A stretch of DNA of 63,912 nt, filler included, from Lenisia limosa (taxonomy: Eukaryota; Protista; Breviatea): assembly GCA_001655205.1 (NCBI GenBank). It is 9 parts of 9 records of this genome, joined end to end, with 100 filler letters (N's around TTAATTAATTAA, not from the genome) between each part and the next. Parts side by side here need not be neighbours in the genome. Positions count along the whole stretch, not along the records: positions 1 to 7,126 come from LPNZ01003920.1; positions 7,227 to 8,863 come from LPNZ01008392.1; positions 8,964 to 20,967 come from LPNZ01008804.1; 6 more parts are not named here. One strand, given 5' to 3'. The notes below the pieces were generated by a model. That model saw only the letters and a list, made by a program, of their open reading frames with translations, was not told where the DNA came from and did no database searches. Position 1 is the stretch's first letter. The number at the start of each line of letters is the position of its first letter. Both the position numbers and the translations under genes were made by a program. Below are positions 1-11,900 of this stretch, piece after piece.

Positions 1-129
1 TTTGAACGGCCGCATATAGTATGTAAGATAAATGGAATAAAACAAATCAAGGCAAATTTTTAAAAAATAAAAAAAGACTCAGCAAAAATGAGTGTCATTT
101 GCTCTTACTCCAATAAAAGAGACCCCTGA

Positions 130-263
130 AAGAAGTGCACCGAAGAACTTCTCGCCCCAGTTGATGAGGCGGATGGTGAGGATGATACCGAGCTCAAGAC
201 GATACTTGGCGTGTATGCGCTTAGCAATGAACCTGTTACCTCATTAGCACCCTTCAAGCGCTA
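130..263 (+). CDS. Possible terminal exon of an unknown gene (..TEELLAPVDEADGEDDTELKTILGVYALSNEPVTSLAPFKR*)
   Basis: GC-elevated open frame ending in TAA at about 263. The opposite strand is also open here, so strand is uncertain. Confidence 0.3.
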
Positions 264-356
264 ATGTACATTCCTTCACTCATCGGGTTTTCATTCCAAC
301 TGAGTACGCCAACAGCCAAAAGATACCATGGCTTTGTCAAAGGTTGGTGGTAACTT

Positions 357-453
357 GGACTTCACTTCGGTTATAAAAAAAGACTGAAATTATCGATAAA
401 TCCTCGATAAATATCGATATTTTACTGGGTTTTTTGACCGAAGTGAATCTCTA
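357..453. mobile_element. MITE family A (~90-150 bp; TIR TAGGGCTTCACTTCGGTT...AACCGAAGTGAAGCCCTA), first of about 12 copies
   Basis: Same TIR and ATCGATAAATCCTCGA core at 1484-1529 (partial), 10027-10092, 14146-14317, 14743-14838, 27186-27285, 44132-44231, 50613-50761, 51130-51215, 52516-52607 and 53532-53615. Confidence 0.85.
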
Positions 454-785
454 GTGGTTACTTTTTGTTTGCTGAGGAGACACTCAGAAAACTGTTTACA
501 AAGCATTTGAAGGCAATTGATTTATTGTGGACGGCTTAGGCCAGCAGCTGGGATATATCACTGTGTGCATGGGGATAAGACAAAAACATTGGGTGAATTA
601 GTTGTTCTATAATCAATATCCCTCCCATCCCTAAAACAATATTTTTCATTTGAAATATGTGTTTGTTTAATGGTTAGTATGATAGAAAGTGACCAAAGAC
701 CCCTTTCAAAATCCTAAACTCGGAGTCCGGGGTCCTTAAGTCGGATTCTGGTCTGGTCCTAGCACAGTGATTCATATTCACTCAT

Positions 786-1640
786 TCAAATGTCAATAAT
801 GGCCTCACATCGTTTACTGACGGAAATGTGGCAAAAGAGTGACACATCCGCGCATTCGGCCCCTTCATCACCTGCCGATTGGCACGTAATTCAACATTTA
901 TCCATGTAATCGTATTTACAATTACTTAGAAATGGGATTCCGCTGAGACGGCGCCTCTTTACGTCCACAGTCTCAATACAAACAACATCGAGACTGCTAA
1001 CTCCGTTGTATGTGTTCAGGTTTTTTTTTTCTGTTCTACCTATCACCTTTGATTCTCAATGGAGAACAACACCATTTGGTCCATTTAATTCACATCATAC
1101 TCATATCATATTCAAGATTTGACAGTTTTCACTTCAACATAGAATATCATACTAAAGATCCAAAAAAAATTCACTTCAACATAATTACATGTATAATATC
1201 ATATTACAAATCCAAAACATTCTTGTTTCCAATGTTAACGAAGCACTTTCTGCCCTCGTGTGAACCCCCAATAGAAAACTCTTCAAACTCCTTCGAAGCA
1301 GGTTTGGTGCATACTGTGATCGGCCTATGTTGTGACTTCATCAGACTATGTAAAAGAGCTTCACATACGGTTCAATAAGACGGACATACAGTGACTGGAG
1401 TAAGTCTTGACCGATTTGCAATGTGGTTTCCCAAGGAAAAAGGATCAAGACTTATCCCGGTCACTGTATATCGATTATATCGAAGATTTTTCGAAAATTC
1501 AGTCTTTTTGAACCGAAAGTGAAGCCGTAACATATGCAGAAAAAAACAAATGAAACCAACTTGTTGCCGATGCAGAAGGGCTTCGATTGAAAGGAGCAGG
1601 GGATGGTACACGTACACTAAACGGTCAGAGTCCAATGTCT
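786..1640 (-). CDS. Multi-exon unknown protein, 3' part
   Basis: Phase-compatible GT-AG exons read ..KPITVCTKPASKEFEEFSIGGSHEGRKCF.. / LDVVCIETVDVKRRRLSGIPFL / SDEGAECADVSLFCHISVSKRCEAIIDI*. Confidence 0.4.
1389..1466. mobile_element. MITE family B (~80 bp palindrome, CAGTGACCGGGATAAGTCTTGACC TIR, TA TSD; Tc1/mariner-type)
   Basis: TA-CAGTGAC...GTCACTG-TA. Further copies at 15948-16024, 19966-20051, 20709-20857 (tandem pair) and 53794-53859. Confidence 0.85.
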
Positions 1641-1839
1641 GCTGCAAAAATTGGTTCTAAAACATGATATAGTATCAGATGTTTTTTGTATGTTATGTAG
1701 GAACCATCTAAGAGAGTCATGACCTAAGGCGGGAGGAGAGAACGGTGTTGAATGGGGGGGTTACACTTTGATGATGGTAGGGAGGTCTTAGTGTGGTGGT
1801 AGGAGAAAAGGAAAATACAAGAGTAATTACACACTTACA

Positions 1840-1925
1840 CTACATCATAGTGTTACACTAACATCATCATAGTTACACTACCATCATCATCGTTCCACTA
1901 CCATCATCATAGTTACACTAGTAAC
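1840..1925 (+). repeat. ~20-bp tandem repeat (GTTACACTACCATCATCATA)
   Basis: About 4 imperfect units are visible. Confidence 0.7.
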
Positions 1926-4539
1926 ACCACATCCCACTTACCTGGGGGAGGCGGCTTTGCTTTTAGCCACTAATGTTGGTTCTCTGTTATATGAACTATA
2001 ATGGTCGTCCATTTGCTTCGCATTGGAGGGTGACGTGGTTTCCGACCGAATGGGGTGGTTATACCTTCAATGACAGTTTGCCGGGGAGAAGTAAGCTGTG
2101 CTAGCTGTGTTTTTTAAGAAAATGGGTTTAACTTTGTTCTACCAAGGCGTTTTATATATTATCACTTAAAAATTCAGATTGAAAATCTAGAGTTACGGGA
2201 TTCCCTTCAATCTAGTTCACGGGATTTTTTTTTTTTTTTCAAAAAAAATACCTGAATTTTTCTCCAAAATCAGTACTTTAAGTAAACAATTTTTACGATT
2301 AAAAACTCAGGACGTACAGAAATAAACTCAATGAAGTCAATGGGAAAGTGTCGAAGGGATGTGATACTTTGCATTTTGGGAAGAAGATCCCTAAAACATA
2401 CTCACCCAAATGTAAGTGTCTCGCCTACGGGATCTTCATTTTTATTAAGAGTTTCCTATGCCTCGGAAAAGGGAATGAAACTGTTCAGAAAAAATTTCGA
2501 AATTGAAGTACTCCCGTTGGTCATTTTAATAACTAATGCGTTTTTTTGCAGAAACAAAAAAGGACTGCTGAACCACCTTAATTATTGTCAGTAACACCTT
2601 GGGTCTAATACGATTCTCTCTGAATGAATATGTTATGCATGTATGATATGATATCTAGAATATATATTATACAATATGTACATGTATATTCTATGGATAA
2701 CTTCAACGCTCTAGGATGTATGTGATACTCCACAATTTGTGGATTTATTTAAACATTCTTACAATTGTTCTGTATCAAAGATTCAGAAGATGGATCTTTA
2801 TGTATCAAATTTGCAAATGTTTTCTTGTATCACTGTATCAGAGGAAAGCAAAAAGTTTTGCTATAATTGTTATGTTGTTTGTCAATCAGCAATGAGATAC
2901 AGTTTGTAAACAGTACTTTGATACGCAGCATAGATAATTACTCTGGTAAGTGAATGTCTTGTTTAATCAGTTCCCCATGGACAATTAATCGGATTGGGAA
3001 TGCATCAAAGGATATCTTATATTCGAAATGAATCTGGTTTTATTGTTTTAGTTATGGGATTTTTCTTATATTCTCCATATCTTGCCCAAATCTTGCTTTG
3101 TTGACACCGATTTGGGAAAAGAGCAGTTTGTTTATCAAGGTAAATTAATGTAATTACTCATGACATATCAATTTTGACATAGGAGACCCCATTTTCACTT
3201 TTGTTTTCAAATTGTCGCCCAAAACTCTCGTTTGAAAAGAGTTCAGGTGGTCGGTTGATGGTTTTTTGTCGAATTAGCATTGAGTGCGGATGGCGCTCTC
3301 CTTTTTTTCTTCATAATTTTTTTTCGCTCTGAACAAAAGTACATATCACGTGAAGAGTCATCAATCGCGGTTATAAGTTGTCAAAAAGGAGACCAACTCG
3401 ACAAAATAATGAATAGAGTATATTGTATAAAATATTAAGGTAGAGCACTGTGTTTATTATAACTTGGTCAAGGGTACAGCTCAAAGAAGAGAGGCAAATG
3501 AAAGCGGAGAAGATTGCGCCTATAACGAAGGTTTCTATATATATCATATGTAGTTAAACATCATAGCGGGGATGAATAGCCATACTTAAATAAAAAAACA
3601 CTTATGTAATATTACATGTTGTTACGCTAAACAAACATATATTTACTTGCTCGATTGTGCTTCATGATCTTGTTCTCACTTGGTACTCTTTCGTCTTTTA
3701 GTCAGAAGGAATCAGAAACGCCGAAGATCCTAAGAACAAGTTAATATATATATAAAAAAAATATTCTTGAAACAAGAATGAGCTCCTGTAGAGAAGGGGA
3801 GTGGCTGGGAAAAGGCAACACTATAAGATCACTGAGAAAACCATCAAAGGCACACTAAGCCCATGTCATCAGCATTATATACCTTAAAACTTGACAACAA
3901 GGGAAGAAAGAGGGAGAGAGGTGCACTAGCTGACAAAAAAACAGCTGATCTTATATCTTTTGGCTTAGATAAGATTTTGATGAGGAAATTGACCTTAGGT
4001 TCTTCCCGCAAGATCTCTCTCAATGGCTGAACAATCTCCTGAGACCTGTCTGCTTTCTGCCTTCTTAGAAATCCCTAATGCCATATCTCCGAGGGTCTGC
4101 GTCGATGGGAGATTATCATATTTTTTACCCGTGGGAACATAAAATATGACATTTAGCATATTTTTTACCGCAGGAATAGGATATGACATATTCTGACTCA
4201 TTGTTCCCCACTTTTGGAGTATTGTCATATTTTATTTCACAGTTGTTCGAGGTTATGTAAACTGATAACTTGTTACTATCTCAAAATATGTAACTTTTTT
4301 TGAAATTCTCCTCTAACATTTTTGATTAGTGGGAGTATTGTATATCGTGTGTGACAGTGTAAGAGATGGATTATTTGTAAGTGAAAAACTATTATGGAGA
4401 TTGCGAGTCTGGTATATTTGGGAACCGGGATTGCAGTGTCAGGAGGATGACTATGTCAGACAATTGTGTTTGGGGCTTGATTACCCCAAAACACCTACCT
4501 GAAAATCCAAACAAAATCACGGAAGCACATATAATCCAT

Positions 4540-5990
4540 ATAATACATCTCAATCAAAGGTCATACTTCCTAAGCATCCTAATAGACTACCAGCCTCCAC
4601 GTTTCATCTTCTCCTCAGTGCCAGTCATATTGGTCGTGCTGGTATGGCGGAAGGAATGGACGGTTTGCCTCATCTTGAGAAAACCCAATCTTGACTAAGT
4701 AACGGAGAATGTCATACATAGCGCGTACTCTCAGTAGACTCCCTGATGGCCAAGCAAATAAGGCACTATGGGCATTCTTTTCATTATTGCACGACTGTTC
4801 ATGGAGCTAAAATTGCAGTCACAGGGCAAATAGTTTTTATCGTTTGTTGGTAACTGAAAGTTACGAGCCGTTTTGAGTTCTTTGTAAAACTGCTGACAAT
4901 AGATGACTGAAGATAAGGGTGGAGTTTGCCAATTTGTGAGAGCAGCCACCCCGGTTGAACCAGATTGCGCTTTTGTTGTTGCAACCGGCGAAGATAGACT
5001 ACCGAAAACAGCATGTCCCACTCGCACAGCAAGTAATTCAAGTACATTAATATGTAAAGATTGAGCATCTTGGGGTACATGGCCAGAGAAGAACAGCTTT
5101 TGGGATGGACTGAAACCAATACCAGTGGATGACGCATCCGTACACCAAAGTTCGTCAACTTGGCTTATGACGCGACGGGGTGGGTCAAGAGTAACCAGTC
5201 CATTGGGGGTTCTTGAGGAGGTCAGCCCAGGAGAACATAGAGTCCTTGCGTGTTGAGACACGTTTATTGGGTCAGGGGAGGATTTGAACAGGCTGATCTC
5301 GTTGTGGATAGCCTTTGTCAAGCGACGGCCCACTGGTATCACCCAGCCCAGGCTAATTACCTAGCAGGGGACTAGAGGGACTTAACCGATTGGGGGGGGG
5401 GGGNNNNNNNNNNNNNNNNNNNNNNNNNNNNNNNNNNNNNNNNNNNNNNNNNNNNNNNNNNNNNNNNNNNNNNNNNNNNNNNNNNNNNNNNNNNNNNNNN
5501 NNNNNNNNNNNNNNNNNNNNNNNNNNNNNNNNNNNNNNNNNNNNNNNNNNNNNNNNNNNNGTAGTGTCATATTGGGAGCTGGCTTGAATGCTGAGCAGGA
5601 ATGAGGTTGAAAGGTTGAAGGCATTCATCATGTCAGCAGAGAACAAGAAATAATCCAGCAATTACAAGTTCCTTGTACGTGTCTGAGAGAACCTTGTTAT
5701 TTTCCTGTGCATTTGGCCAGTTTCTAGTCTGGAATTTGGCTGAGGCAGATTCCTTGATTCCAATATCAGCACCCTTCCACAGGATTGCAGATACGTCGGA
5801 ATCCTCGAACTTTATCTTACTCATCTCGTCGTACATCATGACGGGGTTAATCTTGAGTGGTGAGAATCGGGGTAGTTGGTATCTCTATAACAAGGCCGCT
5901 TCCTTAGGGTCAGTGGGTTTGGTGCAGAAGTGGTGCATCTTGTCAGCCATAGAGACATATAGGGAACGGTCTTTTGTCTCACAAGGCCCT
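4540..5990 (-). mobile_element. Degenerate DIRS-type (tyrosine-recombinase) retrotransposon remnant
   Basis: RNase H motif WCTDASSTGIG...HINVLELLAV (ORF 4731-5342). Overlapping recombinase-like frame KNSK...CPVTAI (4799-5158). C-terminal HSFRHTSTT...GGW*S...KY at about 4560-4680. RT N-terminal-like ORF at 5633-5839. Confidence 0.8.
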
Positions 5991-6129
5991 ATATAGGGTT
6001 GGATCTTTTATTGGAGACAGCAATCACTTAATTCCCATATTATGCACCGTGTTTGTAGATCTTTAGTTGATCACAATTTAGTATCTCGCATGAAAATTAA
6101 TGCAAATTGTTAAAAACTTGAAAACTCAA

Positions 6130-6480
6130 AACTGATGACTCGTTCGTCCCTCGGAACCTGCTTAAAACAACCGCAGAAATCCTGAAAAGCCATATCCCCT
6201 CGGAAACATAACATAGTATATACCCTAGGGAAATTGGAAATGTCATATTTTTGAGTGATCTCAAGCAAAAAGGTCGAATTTCGTCATATATAAAACATTT
6301 CTTACTACAAAATTCAGTGAAGCAGAGCCATGAAGATGTCGAATATGATGTTTCTGTTTCAATACTAAAGGCGACCTTAAAAAAGTGAAGCATTTTGCTC
6401 AATTTATTCGTAATTATGTTAGTGTTTTCTGTACTTTCTAAAAGGTGAAGTCAGGTTTTGTTACTACTTACAAACAATTC
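6130..6480. repeat. Dispersed repeat family E
   Basis: 6240-6470 is the reverse complement of 37384-37600 (e.g. CTTTCTAAAAGGTGAAGTCAGGTTTTGTT). Related ATATGACAT/CATATCCCCTCGG motifs occur at 4060-4230, 30460-30790 and 33180-33390. Confidence 0.7.
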
Positions 6481-7170
6481 TACATAATGTAACTAATGTA
6501 AAGTGCTGCAGTATTTATAAGACTCGTGATTTTCCAGGCATATACTGATATCGATATGTACATTTAGCTAATAACTCTTTTGCTAATAAAGACAAATGAA
6601 TATGCAGTGATTATGTTTTTAATTTTCAAAATTGAAGAAAAAGCACACCACCAATTTTCTTGTAAAAATCTTTTTTTTACAAGGCAGTTGTAAATGGAAT
6701 CGTATATTCATACTGTAGATGTTTGCTTTAGTCTAGCAAAACCACACATTTGATCCGCTTTTCTGTGATTGTGTTTTTGTGACTTTGCAGCTTATTTTCA
6801 CCTGATGCATAATTAGCGGGTTTAGTTACCGGTGTATATTAGAGCTCCGGGCAATTAATATTAATAAAATATTAATATAATATTCCTTAAAGAAATAACA
6901 CTCATATTAGTAAAATATTAATAAAATATTAATAGGAAAAATAGAGAAAAATCAGAAAAAACAGAAAAAACGGAAAAGGCAGAATTGAATACATTTAACT
7001 TTTTTTTTTTATATTATATATATATGCGTGTCCCGCTAAACCCCCTAGAAAACCCTAGATTTTTAAAAAATGATTCATTTTAGACCACCAAATCATATTT
7101 TCACCAATACAACATGTCTAGGAAATNNNNNNNNNNNNNNNNNNNNNNNNNNNNNNNNNNNNNNNNNNNN

Positions 7171-7182
7171 TTAATTAATTAA
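7171..7182. other. Assembly linker TTAATTAATTAA inside a 100-bp N spacer (artificial contig join)
   Basis: Identical 44N+12+44N blocks at 7171, 8908, 21012, 30240, 42312, 47502, 60066 and 61973. The 12-mer has stop codons in all six frames. Confidence 0.95.
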
Positions 7183-7226
7183 NNNNNNNNNNNNNNNNNN
7201 NNNNNNNNNNNNNNNNNNNNNNNNNN

Positions 7227-7727
7227 TGGCCGCTGTGATCTTTGGGATCTTTCAGTCTCCACGCTGGACCCCGCAACTACCGTATATGGTAGGTCATGGA
7301 TGGGCTCTTCTACCGTTATGGATGAGGCTCTTTTTCTCTCTTCCTGCTTCCTTCTTTTTTTTTTTTTGAATAAGAATTATAACATACATTAGAAATCCAG
7401 GGAAACAAATTAATACACGTGTTCACCCCCCCCCCACTAGTTCCCGAAACCGAATTGACATGCCTGCAATTCTCTGAAACCTACCCCACTCTGGCGGTCG
7501 GNNNNNNNNNNNNNNNNNNNNNNNNNNNNNNNNNNNNNNNNNNNNNNNNNNACGGCTCCGTAATGGTTTGGGGGTGGTTGATGTGGCTAACATTGTTCTT
7601 ATTTCCAATTTTGCTCATGTTGTCGCCCTTTTTTGGTATTTTATCTGACATTTTGCAGCTTTATCGCCTCATTAACATCCCGGAAAGAGGCAGGGACGCC
7701 CTCATCAAAACGTTATCTGCGGTGTAG
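7227..7727 (+). CDS. C-terminal exons of a WD40 axonemal dynein intermediate chain (DNAI4/WDR78-like), partial
   Basis: GRCDLWDLSVSTLDP.. / LQFSETYPTLAVG / LYRLINIPERGRDALIKTLSAV* resembles the last WD repeats of WDR78-type chains. Confidence 0.6.
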
Positions 7728-8399
7728 CTCAGGTTTTTGTATCATTGTATTTTAGGCCCTTTTGTTTCTCTCATTCTATACATTTCTTCTGTGTAAAAGG
7801 ATTATAAAAAAAAGGGTGCAGAAAGGTATGCTCAGAGTTGTATAAATACCATACATCTAAAAGGCGTAATATCATATTTCCTCCAGACTTATTTACTGAA
7901 ATGGGGAATTGAGGGTCTTTAAGGTTGATACCAATAGCTGCGTGCACTGAGCTAAACAGAACTATTGTAAAAGACTGGGAAATTATTTGATACTTTTGCT
8001 TAATTTCTTGATTACTTTTGATTACATGTCGGGCCTCGCATCTTCGCATCTTGCCATTGCTCGCATCACGTACCACCTATACCCCATGATCACACTGAAG
8101 AGTGCCTGAGAGTGAAGGACTGAAGAAGAAAGAAGAGCGACAATCCCTAAAAAGCAATCTTTGGGGCACAGGGCTGCCGCACATAGTTTCCACAGCTGCA
8201 CATAATATATTCACACAAGCCGTGCATACAAATGAGGTTATTATTCAATATTGTTTCCAAAAAAGGTAGCAACAGACATGTGAAAGAAAAAAGTGATTTG
8301 TATTGTCGCAAAATACGACCCTTCTGACCTCACGTCAGTAATAAATCGGGAAACAGGAGAAACACAATAGGAAAATAATGCACCAAAATGGGCTGAACG

Positions 8400-8863
8400 T
8401 CAGATTTCTTGCTCAGGTTCTTCAACTGAAGGGGGGATCTGGCCAGCAATCAGAGAACTCTTCTCAAGGTCCTCCTCTTTAGAGTGAAAATAGGTACAGT
8501 GAATTACATTCATGAGAATTTCACTCAGTAACAATAAGGGAGAGGGGGAAGGAAAGGGTACAATATATAGCAATGAGAAAAAAAAACAAGGATGTATCTG
8601 GAGGCCGCCGTCGACACCATCACGCTTATGAGAGAATATTAAATCACCCAATCATTTGCCTTACAACTCTGTACAGCTTTCTGCATGCCTCCCCAGCATA
8701 CAAAAAAGAACAAGAGTCATGAAAAGTCAGCCCCACCCTCAGCAAGTCATGAAAAGTCAGCCCCACCCTTTTTCTCAGCAAGTGTCAGCACTCGGGCTTC
8801 GAGAGCCTTCCGAGCCAGTACCGAAATATAGGCGAAGAACACAATGGAGGCGGCAACGCCTGC
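8400..8863 (-). CDS. C-terminal exons of a membrane protein, possibly SNARE-associated/TVP38 (DedA/VTT) family, partial
   Basis: AGVAASIVFFAYISVLARKALEARVLTLAEKK with a GTGGGG donor, then EEDLEKSSLIAGQIPPSVEEPEQEI*. The 5' end is lost in a linker gap. Confidence 0.45.
8570..8700 (-). repeat. Dispersed repeat family D (~170 bp; GTATGCTGGGGAGGCACGCAGAAAGCTGTG...ATAAGCGTGATGGTGTGGACGGCTTCGGCCAGATAC...CATTGCTATA)
   Basis: About 19 full or partial copies: 527, 8570, 9736, 11445, 12208, 12440, 13079, 14716, 15901, 16780, 24186, 28592, 45277, 51688, 52008, 52685, 59120, 59995 and 62657. Confidence 0.85.
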
Positions 8864-8984
8864 NNNNNNNNNNNNNNNNNNNNNNNNNNNNNNNNNNNNN
8901 NNNNNNNTTAATTAATTAANNNNNNNNNNNNNNNNNNNNNNNNNNNNNNNNNNNNNNNNNNNNAAACAAACAAAGCCCAGGCCA

Positions 8985-11900
8985 GTCACAACACCACATC
9001 CCATCAACCTGTATGGGTGAAGAAACTGGCATGTTGACAGGGACGAGGGCGGGAGCGGGGGTTTGCTGATGAATTAAAGTAGGTCTCCAAACCAGATTCA
9101 TTACGTAATCTTAATCTACCCTCAAATCCATAAATTGCCAAAACTTATATGTATCATAATATTTCCCTTGAAAATCAGCCTGTCAAAGGCCTACTTGCTG
9201 GTGCGAGCCATATTGAGCCATGAGACGCTGCTGGAGGGCAATTTCTGCGGGAGTAATATGGAATATTTACGAAGCAAGTCAAATAAAAAAAAGGTCAAAT
9301 CATTAAACTATCCAAATGTGTAGAGGTTAGAAATAAAAACAGTTGCCGTCAACGCCATCACATTTATCAGAGATATTGGATTATTAATCATAATGGCAGG
9401 TACGATTATCAATTTCCTTACTGACACCCCCACCCCCTTCCCCCAAATATCAAAAAGGAATCATAACAAGCATAGAGCCAACCCTTGGCTTCAAAAAGAA
9501 TTGCAATTCTAAATATTTGACATTTTGCCTAAAATTGGGATAGTCCCCACCAACCCTCTGGAGTCAAGAAAGCGAGAAATTCATCCTGTACTGTAGAGGC
9601 TTGAACCGCAGGTCTAAGAGGACATTAGTTCCCCTCTTATGTAAACTGTGAAGGGGTTCTCTACGGTCCCATAAACACCGAATCTCTCTAAAAATCCTAG
9701 ATAAATATCGATATTTGAACGGTCTTTTTGGGACAGCAATATATCTGGCCAAAGCCGTCCACACCATCACGCTTTGATATTGGATTATTAATTCACCCCT
9801 AAAATGGTCGCTAATCAACTCTTCAATGTAAAAAAACGATTTTAGATAACAAAAACAACTACATCTCAGTATTCCAGTTCCAGATAGTAGATGATGAGAG
9901 AAGCACATCTCCACATAGCAATTTCAACTAAGCATCAATAAATTAATCCATTTCGCAGTTCATGAGGTATTTTGTTTTCCTACAAAAAAAAGAACAAAAA
10001 GTCGTTGTATGTCCTATACAACTGGTAATTATCGATAGTTTTCAGGATTTATCGAGAAATTCAGTCTTTTTTGGAACCGAAGTGAAGCCCTATTTCCAAC
10101 AAAGTTGTACAGTTCCTCTCCCACTGAACAACTCCGCGTTTGGCCTGGGCTCTTCTCGAGTACATTTCCAGAAGCTCGATCTCCGACATCTGAGCTTCCA
10201 GCCCTCCTTCGATGACCTTCTGTCGTCGAGCGTCGTCCTCAGCCTTAAGAGCCTCGTAGCGTTCTCTTCGTTCGCGCTGAACTTTCTCACGGTCGCGTCT
10301 AGGTGGGTAAACAGAGGAAATTTCGATGAAAAATATTGACGTAAAGGTACTAATCACGAACTGAATGATCTGAAACTCCAAACAAAAAACAAAAAAAAAA
10401 CGAGAAAATTAACCCGTTAAAAAAAAGAGAATAGTATATCTGAAGATTCTTGCACCTCGATTGATTTATCAGTGAGAAGCCTCTCTGTATCTATTTATCA
10501 GTAACTCCATGTCTCTATTTATCAATATGTAACCAAACAGCCTCTACCTAGCATCCCCTGCGATATGGGTCTGACTTTAGTACCTAATCAAAGACCTACA
10601 CACCTTTGTCTGTCCTCGGCAGTCTCTACTACCTGCGCAGCCCCTGATTCTGAAGGCCTTGAGCGTCTTTGGTGCGCGTCAAAGTTGAAGCCAAGTGACT
10701 GGTGGCTACAAGTCGGGAGTAAAATTGGTTATGAAACAAAAAAAAACCCAAATCAACTCTGGTGGCCAACACACGAGAGTTGATAACAGCACAACAAACA
10801 AAGCCTAGGCCAGTCGCTTCTGCAGCACCGCATCCCGGGGGTTATGTAATAGATGGAAATTCGAAAAAAATATACGGGAGAAGATTAGGAAATTCGAAGA
10901 AATTTATGGGTCGAGTAATGATGGAGGAAATAGACTGAAATTTAAAGAAAGTTATGGATTCCCAAATACAACATGGAATTCCAAGGCGATGCGCCGTAGT
11001 GTATTGGTAAATATCAATCTAAATGAGTGCGACAACATCTTATTTTATAAGTACGATTCACTTAAGATAAAGCTCAGTACCAGTGTCGCGGTCAGTGTGT
11101 AATCATTATGTTAAGATGATTTCTGAGAACTAGGGCTCCATGTAACTAATTATAAATGAGGAATTTAATTGACAAAATTGTCTGGAGTAGGGTTATCGTT
11201 ATAAAATGTCCGACTTCAGATTTTGAAATTAATTTTTCAAATAATTGCATGAAGCCCTAGTTATAAGAAATCATCTGAACATAATGATTACACACTGACC
11301 GCGACACCGATGCGTAATCCTGCAAACCTGACACGAAGTTGAGTCTTGCCCTTAGTGGACTTGACTAGAGTGGTTTCAAGCAGGACCGTAGGCTCCTCTT
11401 TCCTCTCTTCGGCCTTCCAAATCTGCATAGTGGGTTCAAGAAGAAAAATAAAACGAGGCTGTATCTGGCCGAAGCTGTCCACATCATCACGCTTATAAGA
11501 CAGACTTGATTATATAATTTGTATATAATATACACATATTCCCGTCCACAAAAACCGGNNNNNNNNNNNNNNNNNNNNNNNNNNNNNNNNNNNNNNNNNN
11601 NNNNNNNNNNNNNNNNNNNNNNNNNNNNNNNNNNNNNNNNNNNNNNNNNNNNNNNNNNNNNNNNNNNNNNNNNNNNNNNNNNNNNNNNNNNNNNNNNNNN
11701 NNNNNTGTAAGAAATAAAACAACAATGGGTGAAAGAAGAGAAATCCAACGAGATCTCACCTTACCGCCGCCTCTGCCTCGGCCACGACCGCCTCGGCCTC
11801 GTCCCCGACCGCGATCCGAGTCCTATATCATTATAATATGACGACTTAAGAACACTGTTAATAAGAACAATTTAACTTCTGATGTGTATATGATATGTGA

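Noticed and set aside
2600-3900. Possible AT-rich gene
   Set aside because: All frames are interrupted and no coherent exon chain could be built.
7127-7226. Recurrent TTAATTAATTAA motif (8 times) as a biological signal
   Set aside because: It is always centred in an exact 100-bp N block and has stops in all six frames, so it is an assembly linker. Gene adjacency across these points is meaningless.
10027-10092. MITE families A and B as introner elements
   Set aside because: In the fully resolved ARL6 gene they lie inside introns with unrelated flanking intron sequence, and their ends do not coincide with splice sites.
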